Assembly: GCA_018657385.1 (NCBI GenBank)
Contig: JABHXF010000009.1
Span: 2,554-66,553 of the forward strand
Source: Candidatus Woesearchaeota archaeon
GTDB lineage: Archaea > Nanobdellota > Nanobdellia > Woesearchaeales > DSVV01
Length of the DNA: 64,000 nt
Reading direction: 5' to 3'
Both the position numbers and the translations under genes were made by a program. Below, in pieces: positions 1 to 9,378 of this stretch (the first letter of the stretch is position 1; every line of letters begins with the position of its first letter). Under the pieces are notes generated by a model. That model worked only from the letters and a program-made list of their open reading frames with translations, did not search any database and was not told where the DNA came from.

Positions 1-641
1 CACATTTGGTATAATGATTGACTTTTCATGTAACTAGCATCAATTTTATTTCCCATGATGTTAGCAAAGACTGCTTCTCTAATGTATTTGTCATCATTTT
101 CCAAAAGATCCCATTTAACTTTATTCCATCTAGGTTGACCTTCTTTCCAGTTGAATACTTTATTAAAGATCTCTTTTGAATCATCAGCTCTAAGTCCACC
201 CATGTAAATCTCTTTCTTTAATCCTAATTGTTGCTGTATAGTTCTTTCATAATCTTTCATCATTGCTTGATCAGAAAATAAATCACCACGCACTTTAATT
301 GTGTTTTCTAATTGATCTGATGTAAAACCAAGTGTATTGTAAATTGCTTCCTCTTGTCTTACTGTATCCCAACTATCAAAATCAGAAAACATTGATCTTA
401 CTTTATCATAAGCTAATTTTTTCCCAACCTCTGCAGCTAATGCAATAGCTTCTGGATTGTCATTTAATGCAGACATGTCATATCCTAGTCCGCCTTCTCT
501 AGCTTTTACAAAACCTTTTTCTTTTAAGGCTTCTAAAATACCATGATTAATCATACTATATTCTTGTGAATAACCTTGTTGATCAAGTCTAAAATCTTTT
601 TCAACACCTTTAATATATTCCTCTAAATTTCTTTCAGTCAT
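1..641 (-). CDS. Hypothetical protein, 3' end runs off the window (MTERNLEEYIKGVEKDFRLDQQG...)
   Basis: Not in the ORF track. Open minus-strand frame from ATG at 641 to the window edge, with a GGGGGT Shine-Dalgarno-like sequence upstream; follows 702..1979 on the same strand. Confidence 0.75.
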   Translation of the reverse strand, partial: MTERNLEEYIKGVEKDFRLDQQGYSQEYSMINHGILEALKEKGFVKAREGGLGYDMSALNDNPEAIALAAEVGKKLAYDKVRSMFSDFDSWDTVRQEEAIYNTLGFTSDQLENTIKVRGDLFSDQAMMKDYERTIQQQLGLKKEIYMGGLRADDSKEIFNKVFNWKEGQPRWNKVKWDLLENDDKYIREAVFANIMGNKIDASYMKSQSLYQM

Positions 642-701
642 TTTGTTTTACCCCCAATTGGTTTTGTTTAAATTTTATTTTTGTTTATTATATGTTAAAC
701 A

Positions 702-1979
702 TTAATAACATACATGATGAATATTAAGTTTTGATTCGATTCCTGTTGGTCTTCCTTCTTTGTCTTTGCCTATTTCTCTAACTTCTAAAACAGCATAGGC
801 TCCTTCACTCATGCCTGCTCCTAAATTTAAATGTCTTTCAGCACTCCAATCATTTCCTACTGCTTCATTTCCTTTTCTATTACAACTTCTCATTGATTTG
901 CTTGAATTTCCGCCAGATATAAGATGGGAAACATTACATATCTTTAAAGTTTTTTCTAAATCTTCATTTCCTAAATTTCCATATATTGGTCTTTTTTCAT
1001 ATTCAATATCAGCATCTAAATCATCAATTTCTCTTAACGGAACAACAACTTCTTCCATTTCTGGAGCTTGTCCAACAATTATTACAGCATCTCTTTTTTC
1101 CCTCATATAAAATGCTTCTTCAAACTCAACTTCTGCACCATATTTTTCCATTGTTTTTCCTTGTTCATATGGAACTATCTTGTATTTCTTATCTTTTTGA
1201 TTATATACACGAGCTGCACTTCCCCTATCAATCCCCTGTTCTTCATATTTTGGAAGCTCATGAGTAATTGCAATTGTTCTTGCACCTTGTTCAGGTGATA
1301 AAAAACTGAAATGATCATCCAGTCCAATAATCCTTACATTTCCTCTTACTTCGTGCTTAAATGTTTCTGTTTTAACTTCTTTTCCTGGAATAACAACATA
1401 ATTTCCTCCAGCTTGTTGATCAAATGTTCCAGGTAGGAATAATAAAAAATGATTTTGTGATCTTACTCTTGGATTATAATGCGCCATATCTCTTATTTTT
1501 TCATCAAACAAAGCTTCTCCAAATTTATCTCTCATTGCTGCCATTACTTCTTTCCAATCATCAACTTTTTCAAATTTCCCAGGTGCTATATAAGCAGGAA
1601 TTTCTTGTTTTGCAAGCATTTCAACTGATCTTTCAATATTATATTTAGTATTACCTAAACCAAAAGCAATTACAGCATCACATCCATGTTGTGACATCTT
1701 TTTTTCAATCTGTCCAATAGTATGTGGGTTATAAGCGTGACCAATTATAAGATATTTTACAACATCTTCATTAGCCCATTCAACTCTTGGAGCTGTAATC
1801 CTTGAAACAGCTCTGTCTTCACCATCTGAACCAACAACTATTAATCCACCTTCGGTTTTTCTAATGTCACCACCAAATATACCTGCTTTTTTTAAAGCAG
1901 CTTCATCACTAGTAACAATACCACCTACTTCATCTGGTGTTTCGTTTCTTCCAAATCTGTCTTTTATAATTCCTGACAT
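702..1979 (-). CDS. Degenerate calcineurin-like metallophosphoesterase-fold protein
   Basis: Motif order matches the family (YLIIGH, CDAVIAFG, PAYIAPGKFE, IAITHELP, GNEDL..HLISGG) but DxH, GD, GNH and GHxH ligands are mostly replaced. Confidence 0.55.
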   Translation of the reverse strand: MSGIIKDRFGRNETPDEVGGIVTSDEAALKKAGIFGGDIRKTEGGLIVVGSDGEDRAVSRITAPRVEWANEDVVKYLIIGHAYNPHTIGQIEKKMSQHGCDAVIAFGLGNTKYNIERSVEMLAKQEIPAYIAPGKFEKVDDWKEVMAAMRDKFGEALFDEKIRDMAHYNPRVRSQNHFLLFLPGTFDQQAGGNYVVIPGKEVKTETFKHEVRGNVRIIGLDDHFSFLSPEQGARTIAITHELPKYEEQGIDRGSAARVYNQKDKKYKIVPYEQGKTMEKYGAEVEFEEAFYMREKRDAVIIVGQAPEMEEVVVPLREIDDLDADIEYEKRPIYGNLGNEDLEKTLKICNVSHLISGGNSSKSMRSCNRKGNEAVGNDWSAERHLNLGAGMSEGAYAVLEVREIGKDKEGRPTGIESKLNIHHVCY

Positions 1980-2200
1980 TTTTCACCAATTTTTAACATG
2001 ATTTGTTGTTGTTTTACTCCTAAATTAGGTCTTTTTTACCTAATTTTAACTATATAGTATTCCATGATATAACTAGTATTTAAAGTTTACTATTGTATAG
2101 TGGTTAAATGTGTGACATTTTAGATCTAGTGAGTAGTACATTTATAAATAAATAGAGACAATATAGGTAGAATTGTGAATATTTAAGAAATTAAACCAAA

Positions 2201-3178
2201 TTAATGACTAGCTTGCCATTCTAGGACTGCTTCAATTGCTTGTTTTACTTGCTTTTCAGTGTCTGTTGTATCATTTGAAAATCTTCCTATCTTGATATTT
2301 GGAATACCTGCATTTAATAAAGTGTGAACGTCTTTCCTAACATTCCTTGTTTTCATAGCACATTTAGTTTTAGATGATTCATGTATGTTTTTTAGCATTT
2401 TTTCATATTTATGTGAAAATTCAGTGAAAAATCCAGTAGCTGTTAAAATATTCACTGCTGATGCTTGTGCATAATGCCAATATGAATTACATACCTCTAC
2501 ACAAGGAGAACCTGCAACTCCAACAACCCTATCAAGTGTGTCTCTATCTAATGCTTCAAGCTGTTCAGGAATTGCTGTTTCAGGAGGGGTAATTACAACT
2601 AAATCAAAGTTTTCTAGTTTTCTTCTGTATCCATTAAGTCTTTCTTCTCTTGTTAATATCTTTTCTTCATTATAAAAAGAAGTACATGAACAAACAAAAT
2701 CTAATGAATCTTTTGTAATATCTTTTGCCCAAGATTCTATTCCTGGATTTGCAACAGTGATACTATTTTTCCCATGCATTTTATCTTTATGTTTCTTTCC
2801 CTTTTTTTTCAACACACGTACTGCTCTTGCATTACCTAAGTCCCAATAAGTAGCATCTGGAAAATAATTTGTAAATGTCAAACTTACAGGTATACCTAAT
2901 GAGTTTGCTTCCTCTACACAATTATAGAAATGTTTTCTTATTCTCAGTAATCTACCATATCTACAAATTGTTTTTAGACCTGAAGTTTGAGTTCCGGGAT
3001 CATAAACAAATGCATTTGAATCATCAGAATTTATATTTGGTCTTCCCCCATTAATTCCTGAACCAGGAAAACCAGCGAATAGAACATAATTAATTCCTTT
3101 TGGAAGATCAATAGGTCTTGAATCTCTATAAGTTCCTGTAATAGCATACATTGGAATATGGAGGGTTATTTGTTTCAT
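2201..3178 (-). CDS. Peptidase U32-like (TIM barrel, Cys cluster) protein
   Basis: NGGR, GIPVSLTFTN, NSITVAN, FDLVVI and PCVEVCNSYWHY match the pattern of U32-like proteins. Confidence 0.5.
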   Translation of the reverse strand: MKQITLHIPMYAITGTYRDSRPIDLPKGINYVLFAGFPGSGINGGRPNINSDDSNAFVYDPGTQTSGLKTICRYGRLLRIRKHFYNCVEEANSLGIPVSLTFTNYFPDATYWDLGNARAVRVLKKKGKKHKDKMHGKNSITVANPGIESWAKDITKDSLDFVCSCTSFYNEEKILTREERLNGYRRKLENFDLVVITPPETAIPEQLEALDRDTLDRVVGVAGSPCVEVCNSYWHYAQASAVNILTATGFFTEFSHKYEKMLKNIHESSKTKCAMKTRNVRKDVHTLLNAGIPNIKIGRFSNDTTDTEKQVKQAIEAVLEWQASH

Positions 3179-3753
3179 TTTAATGCCCCTAAGAATAATC
3201 TTTCAATGGGATGATATGTACTATGGGTTTTTATTTCTTCAGGAGTAGCTTTTCTAGACCATCTGCATAATGACTTTACAATTCTTGCTTCATTACCTAA
3301 CACAACAGACTTAGAATGTGGTTTTGCATATTGATCTGGCAAACCAACAACATTACTAAAAACTGATTGAGCAAACATTGCAACACATGCACTATGATAT
3401 ATGCCACCTACTACTGCATTAATTTCTGAAGATGGAATCTCCCTACCTTGACCTAATAGCTCCAAAATAAATTCAGGATAATACCTTGTTTGAACTTCTG
3501 ACCATTCTGATGTTAATCTTGATGGTAATTTATCAGGATATGTAAATGATGTTTCATAAAGAATGGGTAATGCCTTGCTTTTTGCAATTTCTGTTGCTAT
3601 TGTAAGATTTTCAATGTAAACACCCAAATTAGGGAAAATACAATGTTGGATATGTCCAGTGTAAGGTCCTAATACATGATCTGGATGAATAAGTACTAAT
3701 CCATGAGCCCCTTCAAATGCCTGCTCTAATTGTTCTAATTCTGCCTTGTCCAT
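3175..3753 (-). CDS. Isochorismatase/cysteine-hydrolase-like protein (divergent)
   Basis: GLVLIHPD first strand and AVVGGIYHSACV, matching the G-x-x-x-x-x-CV nucleophile motif; 4-nt overlap with the next gene. Confidence 0.45.
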   Translation of the reverse strand: MDKAELEQLEQAFEGAHGLVLIHPDHVLGPYTGHIQHCIFPNLGVYIENLTIATEIAKSKALPILYETSFTYPDKLPSRLTSEWSEVQTRYYPEFILELLGQGREIPSSEINAVVGGIYHSACVAMFAQSVFSNVVGLPDQYAKPHSKSVVLGNEARIVKSLCRWSRKATPEEIKTHSTYHPIERLFLGALK

Positions 3754-3815
3754 ATACCTAAGAATCAGCTATTTATATATAAATGTTAGTATATTTACTA
3801 CTTAAGAATAAATAA

Positions 3816-4361
3816 TTACTTAACACCAAACAAGCCCTTAAACCATTCAACAAACCTTTTGATAATTGACTTTTCAGTTTGCTTAATTGGAGAATTATTA
3901 ATATCATCAATAATTGTTGTGTTTGTTTTATTTGTTTGATTTGAATCTAATTCTTCTTTTACAACTTCAACAACATCTTTTACTTTCTCAACACCTTTTT
4001 CAAGTTTTTCAGTTGTTTCAGCAGTAATTGTTTTTAATGTTGAATATGAATCAGTTGCTTTATCTTTATTTGTACCACTAGTTAGAATAAATTCACATGC
4101 ATTATCCTCGTCAGAATGCAAAACATAAGCATTTTTCACCCAAATAGTTACCCCATTATGTGTTTCCTTTTGATGTTCTTCAATAATAACTAATTCACCA
4201 TCAACCTTAAATATGCAAGATCCATCCTCAGAAACATCTAATACTTCTATTTCATGACCATTTTGTTCAATAACTTGGTTTTTATTAACAGTTGCAGCAC
4301 TAACAAAAGATGCCATTAACACAACTACAAATAGTGAAATAATTAGTATTTTCTTGTTCAT
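3816..4361 (-). CDS. Secreted/surface hypothetical protein with C-terminal amphipathic helix
   Basis: Sec signal peptide (MNKKILIISLFVVVLMASFVSA), small beta domain, Thr/Asn linker, C-terminal SIIKRFVEWFKGLF. Confidence 0.75.
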   Translation of the reverse strand: MNKKILIISLFVVVLMASFVSAATVNKNQVIEQNGHEIEVLDVSEDGSCIFKVDGELVIIEEHQKETHNGVTIWVKNAYVLHSDEDNACEFILTSGTNKDKATDSYSTLKTITAETTEKLEKGVEKVKDVVEVVKEELDSNQTNKTNTTIIDDINNSPIKQTEKSIIKRFVEWFKGLFGVK

Positions 4362-4527
4362 ATAGATAGTATTAGTATTCTAGTATATAAATTTTTCATT
4401 AAATTGGGGAAATAAGGGTTTGTAGGACTTGAATGGCTAGAGCTTGAAAGGTATATTTGTCATACAAACCTTCTAAACCTTCTTAAATATACATTAAATT
4501 TAAAAGACAAACTATAATTCTATGTAG

Positions 4528-5622
4528 ATGGCAGTGCGTAGAAGAAGAAATGCAGTAACAACTATAAGTGAAAATGGAGTGTCCAGATTGGATTGTTCTG
4601 GTTGGATGGGAACCATGTATTCTAATGTATTAAATGATTGGAACAGAGGTATTGCTTTACTAAATTCTCCTACTAGATTTCAAACAAGAAATGAAATAAG
4701 ATTAAAATTAGCAGAACTACTTCCACATTTAGCTAGACAAAAAAATCACGATTTTAAAAAAACAACATTAGATCCATTAAAAAAAATTGGTTTACTAGAT
4801 GTTGATTTAACTGAATCTGAAAAAAGATATGCATTGAGTAAACATGGCAGAGAATTAGCAGTCCCAATAGTTGCTTATACACTAATGTGGATGCATGATA
4901 ATTCTTCAAGATGTTTAAAAGAAATATTAGGGCCACCTACATCAAAACCAGTAAATGTTGTTGAAGTAATAAAAACTATTGAAGGTTATTATAATGGAGA
5001 AACAAGAGAAAATGTAGAATTATCCATCGAAGATATTGCTAATGGTGTTACTTTCAGTCAAGATAATTACCATACACAATCAAGTTTTATAAGAAAATTA
5101 CTAGCAAGATATGGTAAACTTGGTTTAGTAGACTATGATTCTGTAGACAAGAATGAACCACTTGTAACTTACAGATGGAATAAACCAGCACCATATTATT
5201 TTATGTTTGATATAATGCCAAGAACAAAATCAGATGAAATTATCTTGTTTCTATACGAAAATAGAGAGAAAAAACCATTATCTGGTGTTGATGTTGCAAA
5301 TGAAACTAGGATATTTCCTGCAGGAGATGTTTACAAAGTATTAGATGCATTAGTTGAACATGGATGCTTGACAAAAGTAGGAGATAGAAAATCACATGTA
5401 ATTGTAAAATCTACTGATGAATTAAAAACAATATATGATTTCTTTTTAAATGTTGAAGAAGCTGTTAATGCCTACTTTTCTGGAACAACTTCTCCAAATT
5501 ATGATGAAATGAAAAAAGCAGATGAAATGTTTAAATCAAGTTTTTTCAAAAATGTACGAATAGTAAAAGGTATTCACAGAGAGATGAAACAAAGATATGA
5601 TAAACAAGTTGGTGTTAGGTAA
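4528..5622 (+). CDS. Hypothetical protein with probable repeated winged-helix domains
   Basis: Three segments with helix-turn-helix plus LxxxGLL/V wing (TLDPLKKIGLL; LSIEDIA..YGKLGLV; LSGVDVA..LVEHGCL). Confidence 0.55.
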   Translation: MAVRRRRNAVTTISENGVSRLDCSGWMGTMYSNVLNDWNRGIALLNSPTRFQTRNEIRLKLAELLPHLARQKNHDFKKTTLDPLKKIGLLDVDLTESEKRYALSKHGRELAVPIVAYTLMWMHDNSSRCLKEILGPPTSKPVNVVEVIKTIEGYYNGETRENVELSIEDIANGVTFSQDNYHTQSSFIRKLLARYGKLGLVDYDSVDKNEPLVTYRWNKPAPYYFMFDIMPRTKSDEIILFLYENREKKPLSGVDVANETRIFPAGDVYKVLDALVEHGCLTKVGDRKSHVIVKSTDELKTIYDFFLNVEEAVNAYFSGTTSPNYDEMKKADEMFKSSFFKNVRIVKGIHREMKQRYDKQVGVR

Positions 5623-5705
5623 GAATTCTGGGATTATACAATAATTTAAATTTTATTTTATGGTGGGTAACTTTATGTCTCACTTTTGTAATTGAAAAAA
5701 ATGAG

Positions 5706-5737
5706 ATTAACGCCCTTGCGAGGATTTTCACGGACCT
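5706..5737 (-). repeat. Duplicated 3' end of tRNA-Arg (att-like)
   Basis: ATTAACGCCCTTGCGAGGATT at 5706-5726 is identical to 5796-5816; CGGACCT at 5731-5737 also matches 5824-5830. Confidence 0.85.
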
Positions 5738-5800
5738 TAATTAAGCTCCACCAAGATATGCGGGTTACGCTTCGCTAACCCACAAAAAAAAAACAATTAA

Positions 5801-5875
5801 CGCCCTTGCGAGGATTCGAACCCCGGACCTCTCGGACCGCAACCGAACGCACCATCCAGACTATGCTACAAGGGC
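5801..5875 (-). tRNA. tRNA-Arg(GCG)
   Basis: Cloverleaf: GCCCTTG/CAAGGGC acceptor stem, TTCGG-TTGCGGT-CCGAG anticodon arm, CGGGG-TTCGAAT-CCTCG T arm, G73; CCA not encoded. Confidence 0.95.
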
Positions 5876-5927
5876 ATGAAGTAGTGAATTAGTGAGATGT
5901 TTAAATATTTATCTCTGATTTTTTTTA

Positions 5928-5951
5928 ACTAGGTCCGGAGGACATGTTTCT
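5928..5951 (-). repeat. Small hairpin repeat family B (AGAAACATGTCCTCCGGACCTAGT)
   Basis: Exact reverse complement of 34628-34651; variant at 26903-26926. Confidence 0.85.
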
Positions 5952-6004
5952 TTGGAATTTTCTTTGTTGTTAATTAAAACATTTCAAATTAATTAAAATT
6001 AATT

Positions 6005-6036
6005 AAATCAGAACAAAAAGAGCCTAACGGCCTGTT
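6005..6036 (+). repeat. Repeat family C, left copy flanking the methyltransferase gene
   Basis: AAATCAGAACAAAAAGAGCCTAACGGCCTGTT matches 7009-7040 at 29 of 32 positions. Confidence 0.85.
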
Positions 6037-6044
6037 ATTATTTT

Positions 6045-6854
6045 CTATGCAGTTCTTTGAAAAACATAGCCGTATATGTCATTTCTTTCTATCGGAAAAG
6101 TCCTTTCTTCTTTTTTAAGCAATAATCCATCAGGGAAATGTGAAGAATCTAACCTAGTTATTCCTTCTAAAATTAAATAACCTTCTTTTTTTGTCCTGAC
6201 TCTAATTTTATCCAAGAAATTTTTTATTGTATCAACATCAAGTGTCGTATCAGGTAATGGACTTCTCGTATACAAAATATCTGCAGATTCTAATTCAATT
6301 TGTTTAGGATTAAAATAATCACCATGATGAAACTCTACATTACCATTATTATATTTAGATGCTCGTTCTCTTGCCATCATTAATTTTATTGATTCTATAT
6401 CATATCCCCTAAACTTATTTCCAGAATTTTGAGCTAAAAAACAAAGATTATAACCAAATCCACACCCATAATCAACAACAACTAAACCATCTTTAGGTTG
6501 AGTATCTAAAAAACCACTAAGAAATTTTAATGCATTAATTCTTCCATCATATGATATCTCATCTGACTCAAATATATGGTTGGTTTGACTATGATTTTGT
6601 AATAATTTCATCAATTTTATTTTATTTGTTTGACTTTGGGAAAATACCATCCCTAGATATAATATATTAAGGAGGGGATTAACAAGTGCTTTATCCATTA
6701 AAGCAATTCGAGATTGAGCATGATCCATTCTTTTTATGTCATTCTCTGCTAAATACTTCTTTATCCTCACTTCAAGTTCTCTCATTAAGGAAAGAAGTAA
6801 TGTTTGGTTTTTAAATGTTCGTGATTTTATTTTTTTACTAGATTTGAAGGGCAT
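6045..6854 (-). CDS. Class I SAM-dependent methyltransferase
   Basis: VVVDYGCGFG (motif I), FRGYDIE, VEFHHGDY, SADIL, KKEGYLILE. Confidence 0.85.
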   Translation of the reverse strand: MPFKSSKKIKSRTFKNQTLLLSLMRELEVRIKKYLAENDIKRMDHAQSRIALMDKALVNPLLNILYLGMVFSQSQTNKIKLMKLLQNHSQTNHIFESDEISYDGRINALKFLSGFLDTQPKDGLVVVDYGCGFGYNLCFLAQNSGNKFRGYDIESIKLMMARERASKYNNGNVEFHHGDYFNPKQIELESADILYTRSPLPDTTLDVDTIKNFLDKIRVRTKKEGYLILEGITRLDSSHFPDGLLLKKEERTFPIERNDIYGYVFQRTA

Positions 6855-6891
6855 GTATTCTTAGGGATTCTTTTTTTATTGTGTTTATTGA

Positions 6892-6980
6892 GAAAAAACA
6901 ACAATGGCAGGCGAGCCGATAGGCGAGTAGGATATTTTCTTTAAGAAAATGTCCGTCTGTGCCATTGTTGTTGTTTTTTC
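6892..6980 (+). repeat. Three-way-junction palindromic element, family A copy 1
   Basis: AACAACAATGGC...GCCATTGTTGTT arms; GA-GCC(GATA)GGC-GAGTA-GGATATTTTCT(TTA)AGAAAATGTCC core. Confidence 0.9.
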
Positions 6981-7008
6981 ATTATAATTATAATTAATAT
7001 AAAATAAA

Positions 7009-7040
7009 AAATCACAACAAAAAGAGCCTGACAGCCTGTT
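7009..7040 (+). repeat. Repeat family C, right copy
   Basis: AAATCACAACAAAAAGAGCCTGACAGCCTGTT, a direct repeat of 6005-6036. Confidence 0.85.
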
Positions 7041-7472
7041 TTCTCTGAAATCCATACTTAACTCTCACTTTATGTTTAATTTTTTGCTTATTTCTTATTA
7101 GATTTTCTTGTCTGCATCATTTCGACTAGTGTATTATCTTTTATCATCATAATTCAACAAAAACCAAACAATTATCGTTAAAAACTATTCAATAAAACAC
7201 CAAAACTAGACAATAAAATCCAGAAAGTAGACTAAATTATCTCAACAATTAGTAATTGAAAGATTTAAGCAAGAATTAGATATTAAGAGATTTAATAGCT
7301 AATAAGATTTAAGTAATTATTGAACCTTAAGAGCTATAAAAAACATAACAATTCAATCAAATCTTATATCTTTTCATCTTAATCTGTATACTAAAACATA
7401 TAAATCTTTATAAAGAAAGGGTGTTGTTACTTAGTAATAAGTAATTACTACATAGTAAAAACTAAAATAAAG

Positions 7473-7679
7473 GTGAAAAATATGTTTGCAGCATCTCATA
7501 ATGTGAAAAAAGGCTTTAAATCTGTAAAAAAGGACATGGTTTCATTAAAAGATACAATGAATGATTGGACTATTTACATGCAAAAAAATCAGCTTGAAGT
7601 TGAAGAAAGAATTGCTCAAATGGAGCAAAGATTAGCTAGATTAGATGGTATGATAAGCCAAAAAGTGAGGAAAAAATAA
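7473..7679 (+). CDS. Small coiled-coil hypothetical protein
   Basis: Heptad pattern (VEERIAQMEQRLARLD); stop/start overlap with the next ORF; start may be ATG 7482. Confidence 0.65.
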   Translation: MKNMFAASHNVKKGFKSVKKDMVSLKDTMNDWTIYMQKNQLEVEERIAQMEQRLARLDGMISQKVRKK

Positions 7680-8197
7680 TGCGTTCAGACGTTGAAATAG
7701 TTAAAACACTTGCTGATGTTTTAGATAATGTAAATAATACTTTTCTATTCGGTATGACTAGTAAAGAATATTCAAGAATTGGTGAATATTTACAACATGC
7801 AACAGACCATAGTGGTGTTAATTTTTATAAATTTCTAGAAGGGAAATTTGAGGTTCCTAGACTTCCACAAATGAATGATATTGTTCAAGAATGTTATGGG
7901 TGGGAAATATCTAGAGGAAGAACTGCAAGTTCTGAAAATCCTAAACAAAAAGCTACAATTATTATTAATAGTATGTTTGATCCATCAGTATTTGGTGGAG
8001 ATACTGAGAACTATTTTGATCGATTTAGAAAGATGATTTCTGATGAAAGGTATAATCCAGGAATTAGATTTATACTTGTAGAAGATCCATTATTAAGCCC
8101 TAAAATCAGTGAAAAAAAGGGTGAAGAGAATCAATTATATCAAGCTGTAACCTATGTAAACATGGCTACAGGTGAATCTAGTAGATTATTGAAGTAA
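7679..8197 (+). CDS. Hypothetical protein
   Basis: 172-aa ORF with normal composition, coupled to the upstream ORF. Confidence 0.7.
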   Translation: MRSDVEIVKTLADVLDNVNNTFLFGMTSKEYSRIGEYLQHATDHSGVNFYKFLEGKFEVPRLPQMNDIVQECYGWEISRGRTASSENPKQKATIIINSMFDPSVFGGDTENYFDRFRKMISDERYNPGIRFILVEDPLLSPKISEKKGEENQLYQAVTYVNMATGESSRLLK

Positions 8198-8273
8198 TCT
8201 TACTTAAATATTTCTTGAAATATAGATTAAATCACAGAAGAATTTAAATAAAACCTAAATTTGTAATATTTTT

Positions 8274-8825
8274 ATGGATAAAGAAATAATAGAATGCAAA
8301 TTTGATTCTACTGAGCCAATAGATGAAGCAAGTGTATATAATGCGAATAAAGATCAATTTCTTGATACAGCCAGGTCATATATAGGTCAAGGTCATGTTT
8401 ATTTTTGCAGCTCATTTGAAGGTACTACACAGGTTGCAGTGGAATTTGCAACTCAACAACAAGGAATACCAGTAGTTAAGCTTACAAACATAGTGGGGAT
8501 TGCAAAAACAGGAAGTCCTGGAGAAAATGGAGAAATAGCTGAATTAGAAGCAGATCAATATAATGTTTCTGCTTTGGAAGAATTTCTAAATAGATATTGT
8601 GGTAAAAGTTTAGTGATAAAAGACAATTACCCACTAAATGAAAGAAGTGATACTGTAGATCTTGTTATAGCAACTTTAAGGTATACATTTGCCAATTATA
8701 GTAATAGAGGAGGAGATGTTTTTATATTTGGTCAAAGTGAATTACAACAAGATCAAATAGGTGGATCTTCATATTTAAGAAAGTTAAAATTAGTTGAATT
8801 TGTTCCATATACAACATCAGACTAA
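8274..8825 (+). CDS. Hypothetical protein
   Basis: 183-aa ORF; TTTAAATA box about 25 nt upstream suggests a leaderless transcript. Confidence 0.7.
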   Translation: MDKEIIECKFDSTEPIDEASVYNANKDQFLDTARSYIGQGHVYFCSSFEGTTQVAVEFATQQQGIPVVKLTNIVGIAKTGSPGENGEIAELEADQYNVSALEEFLNRYCGKSLVIKDNYPLNERSDTVDLVIATLRYTFANYSNRGGDVFIFGQSELQQDQIGGSSYLRKLKLVEFVPYTTSD

Positions 8826-9274
8826 TATTCTACATAATTAGTATACTAACATATAGCTGTCGGTAAAATAGCATAACATAGCCACGAACTACCTTAAAAT
8901 TACGTTGAAGCATATATTTGCATGTTTACCCTGGGTTATACAATCAAGCTATAATAAACTCATTTCTTGGAAATTGTCGGGATTATCCTTTACATTATTG
9001 TATCATTTCATAATCTAGTTTCAGATTCGGGATTTTGTCAGAATTTGATAGTTTAGTGGTATTTGTGTTATTCGGGATTTTCTCGAATTTTTTGAGAACT
9101 AAAATATTTAAGCATTTTTTGAGAAATATTTGATACATTATACTGCATTTATGTGTAAAAATGCCTTAAAATCCATTTATTTCGTTATGCCATTAAGGTT
9201 TAAGCATTGATTGAATGTTTCTAGCTGTATTTTGGCTGTATTTTAGATGTGATTTTGATAAATTTTAAACAATA

Positions 9275-9327
9275 TTATTTTAACCCTTATTTTAATCATT
9301 ATTTTAACCATTATTTTAACCATTATT
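9275..9327. repeat. Tandem 12-bp repeat (TTATTTTAACCA), about 4.4 copies
   Basis: Units start at 9275, 9287, 9299, 9311, with a partial unit at 9323. Confidence 0.8.
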
Positions 9328-9340
9328 AAGTAGTTATAAA

Positions 9341-9355
9341 CGAAAGCTTTATAAA
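9341..9355 (+). promoter_or_regulatory. Archaeal BRE/TATA promoter
   Basis: CGAAAG-C-TTTATAAA about 24 nt before ATG 9379; similar boxes precede 12150, 51013 and metG. Confidence 0.6.
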
Positions 9356-9378
9356 AAGTAAAGCAACGCCAATATACA

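Noticed and set aside
5706..5816. Provirus or genomic island at tRNA-Arg
   Set aside because: The duplicated ends are only 90 bp apart and no integrase or viral genes are visible.
8977..9090. Mini CRISPR array
   Set aside because: Only 2-3 short degenerate repeats with irregular spacing, and no cas genes in the window.
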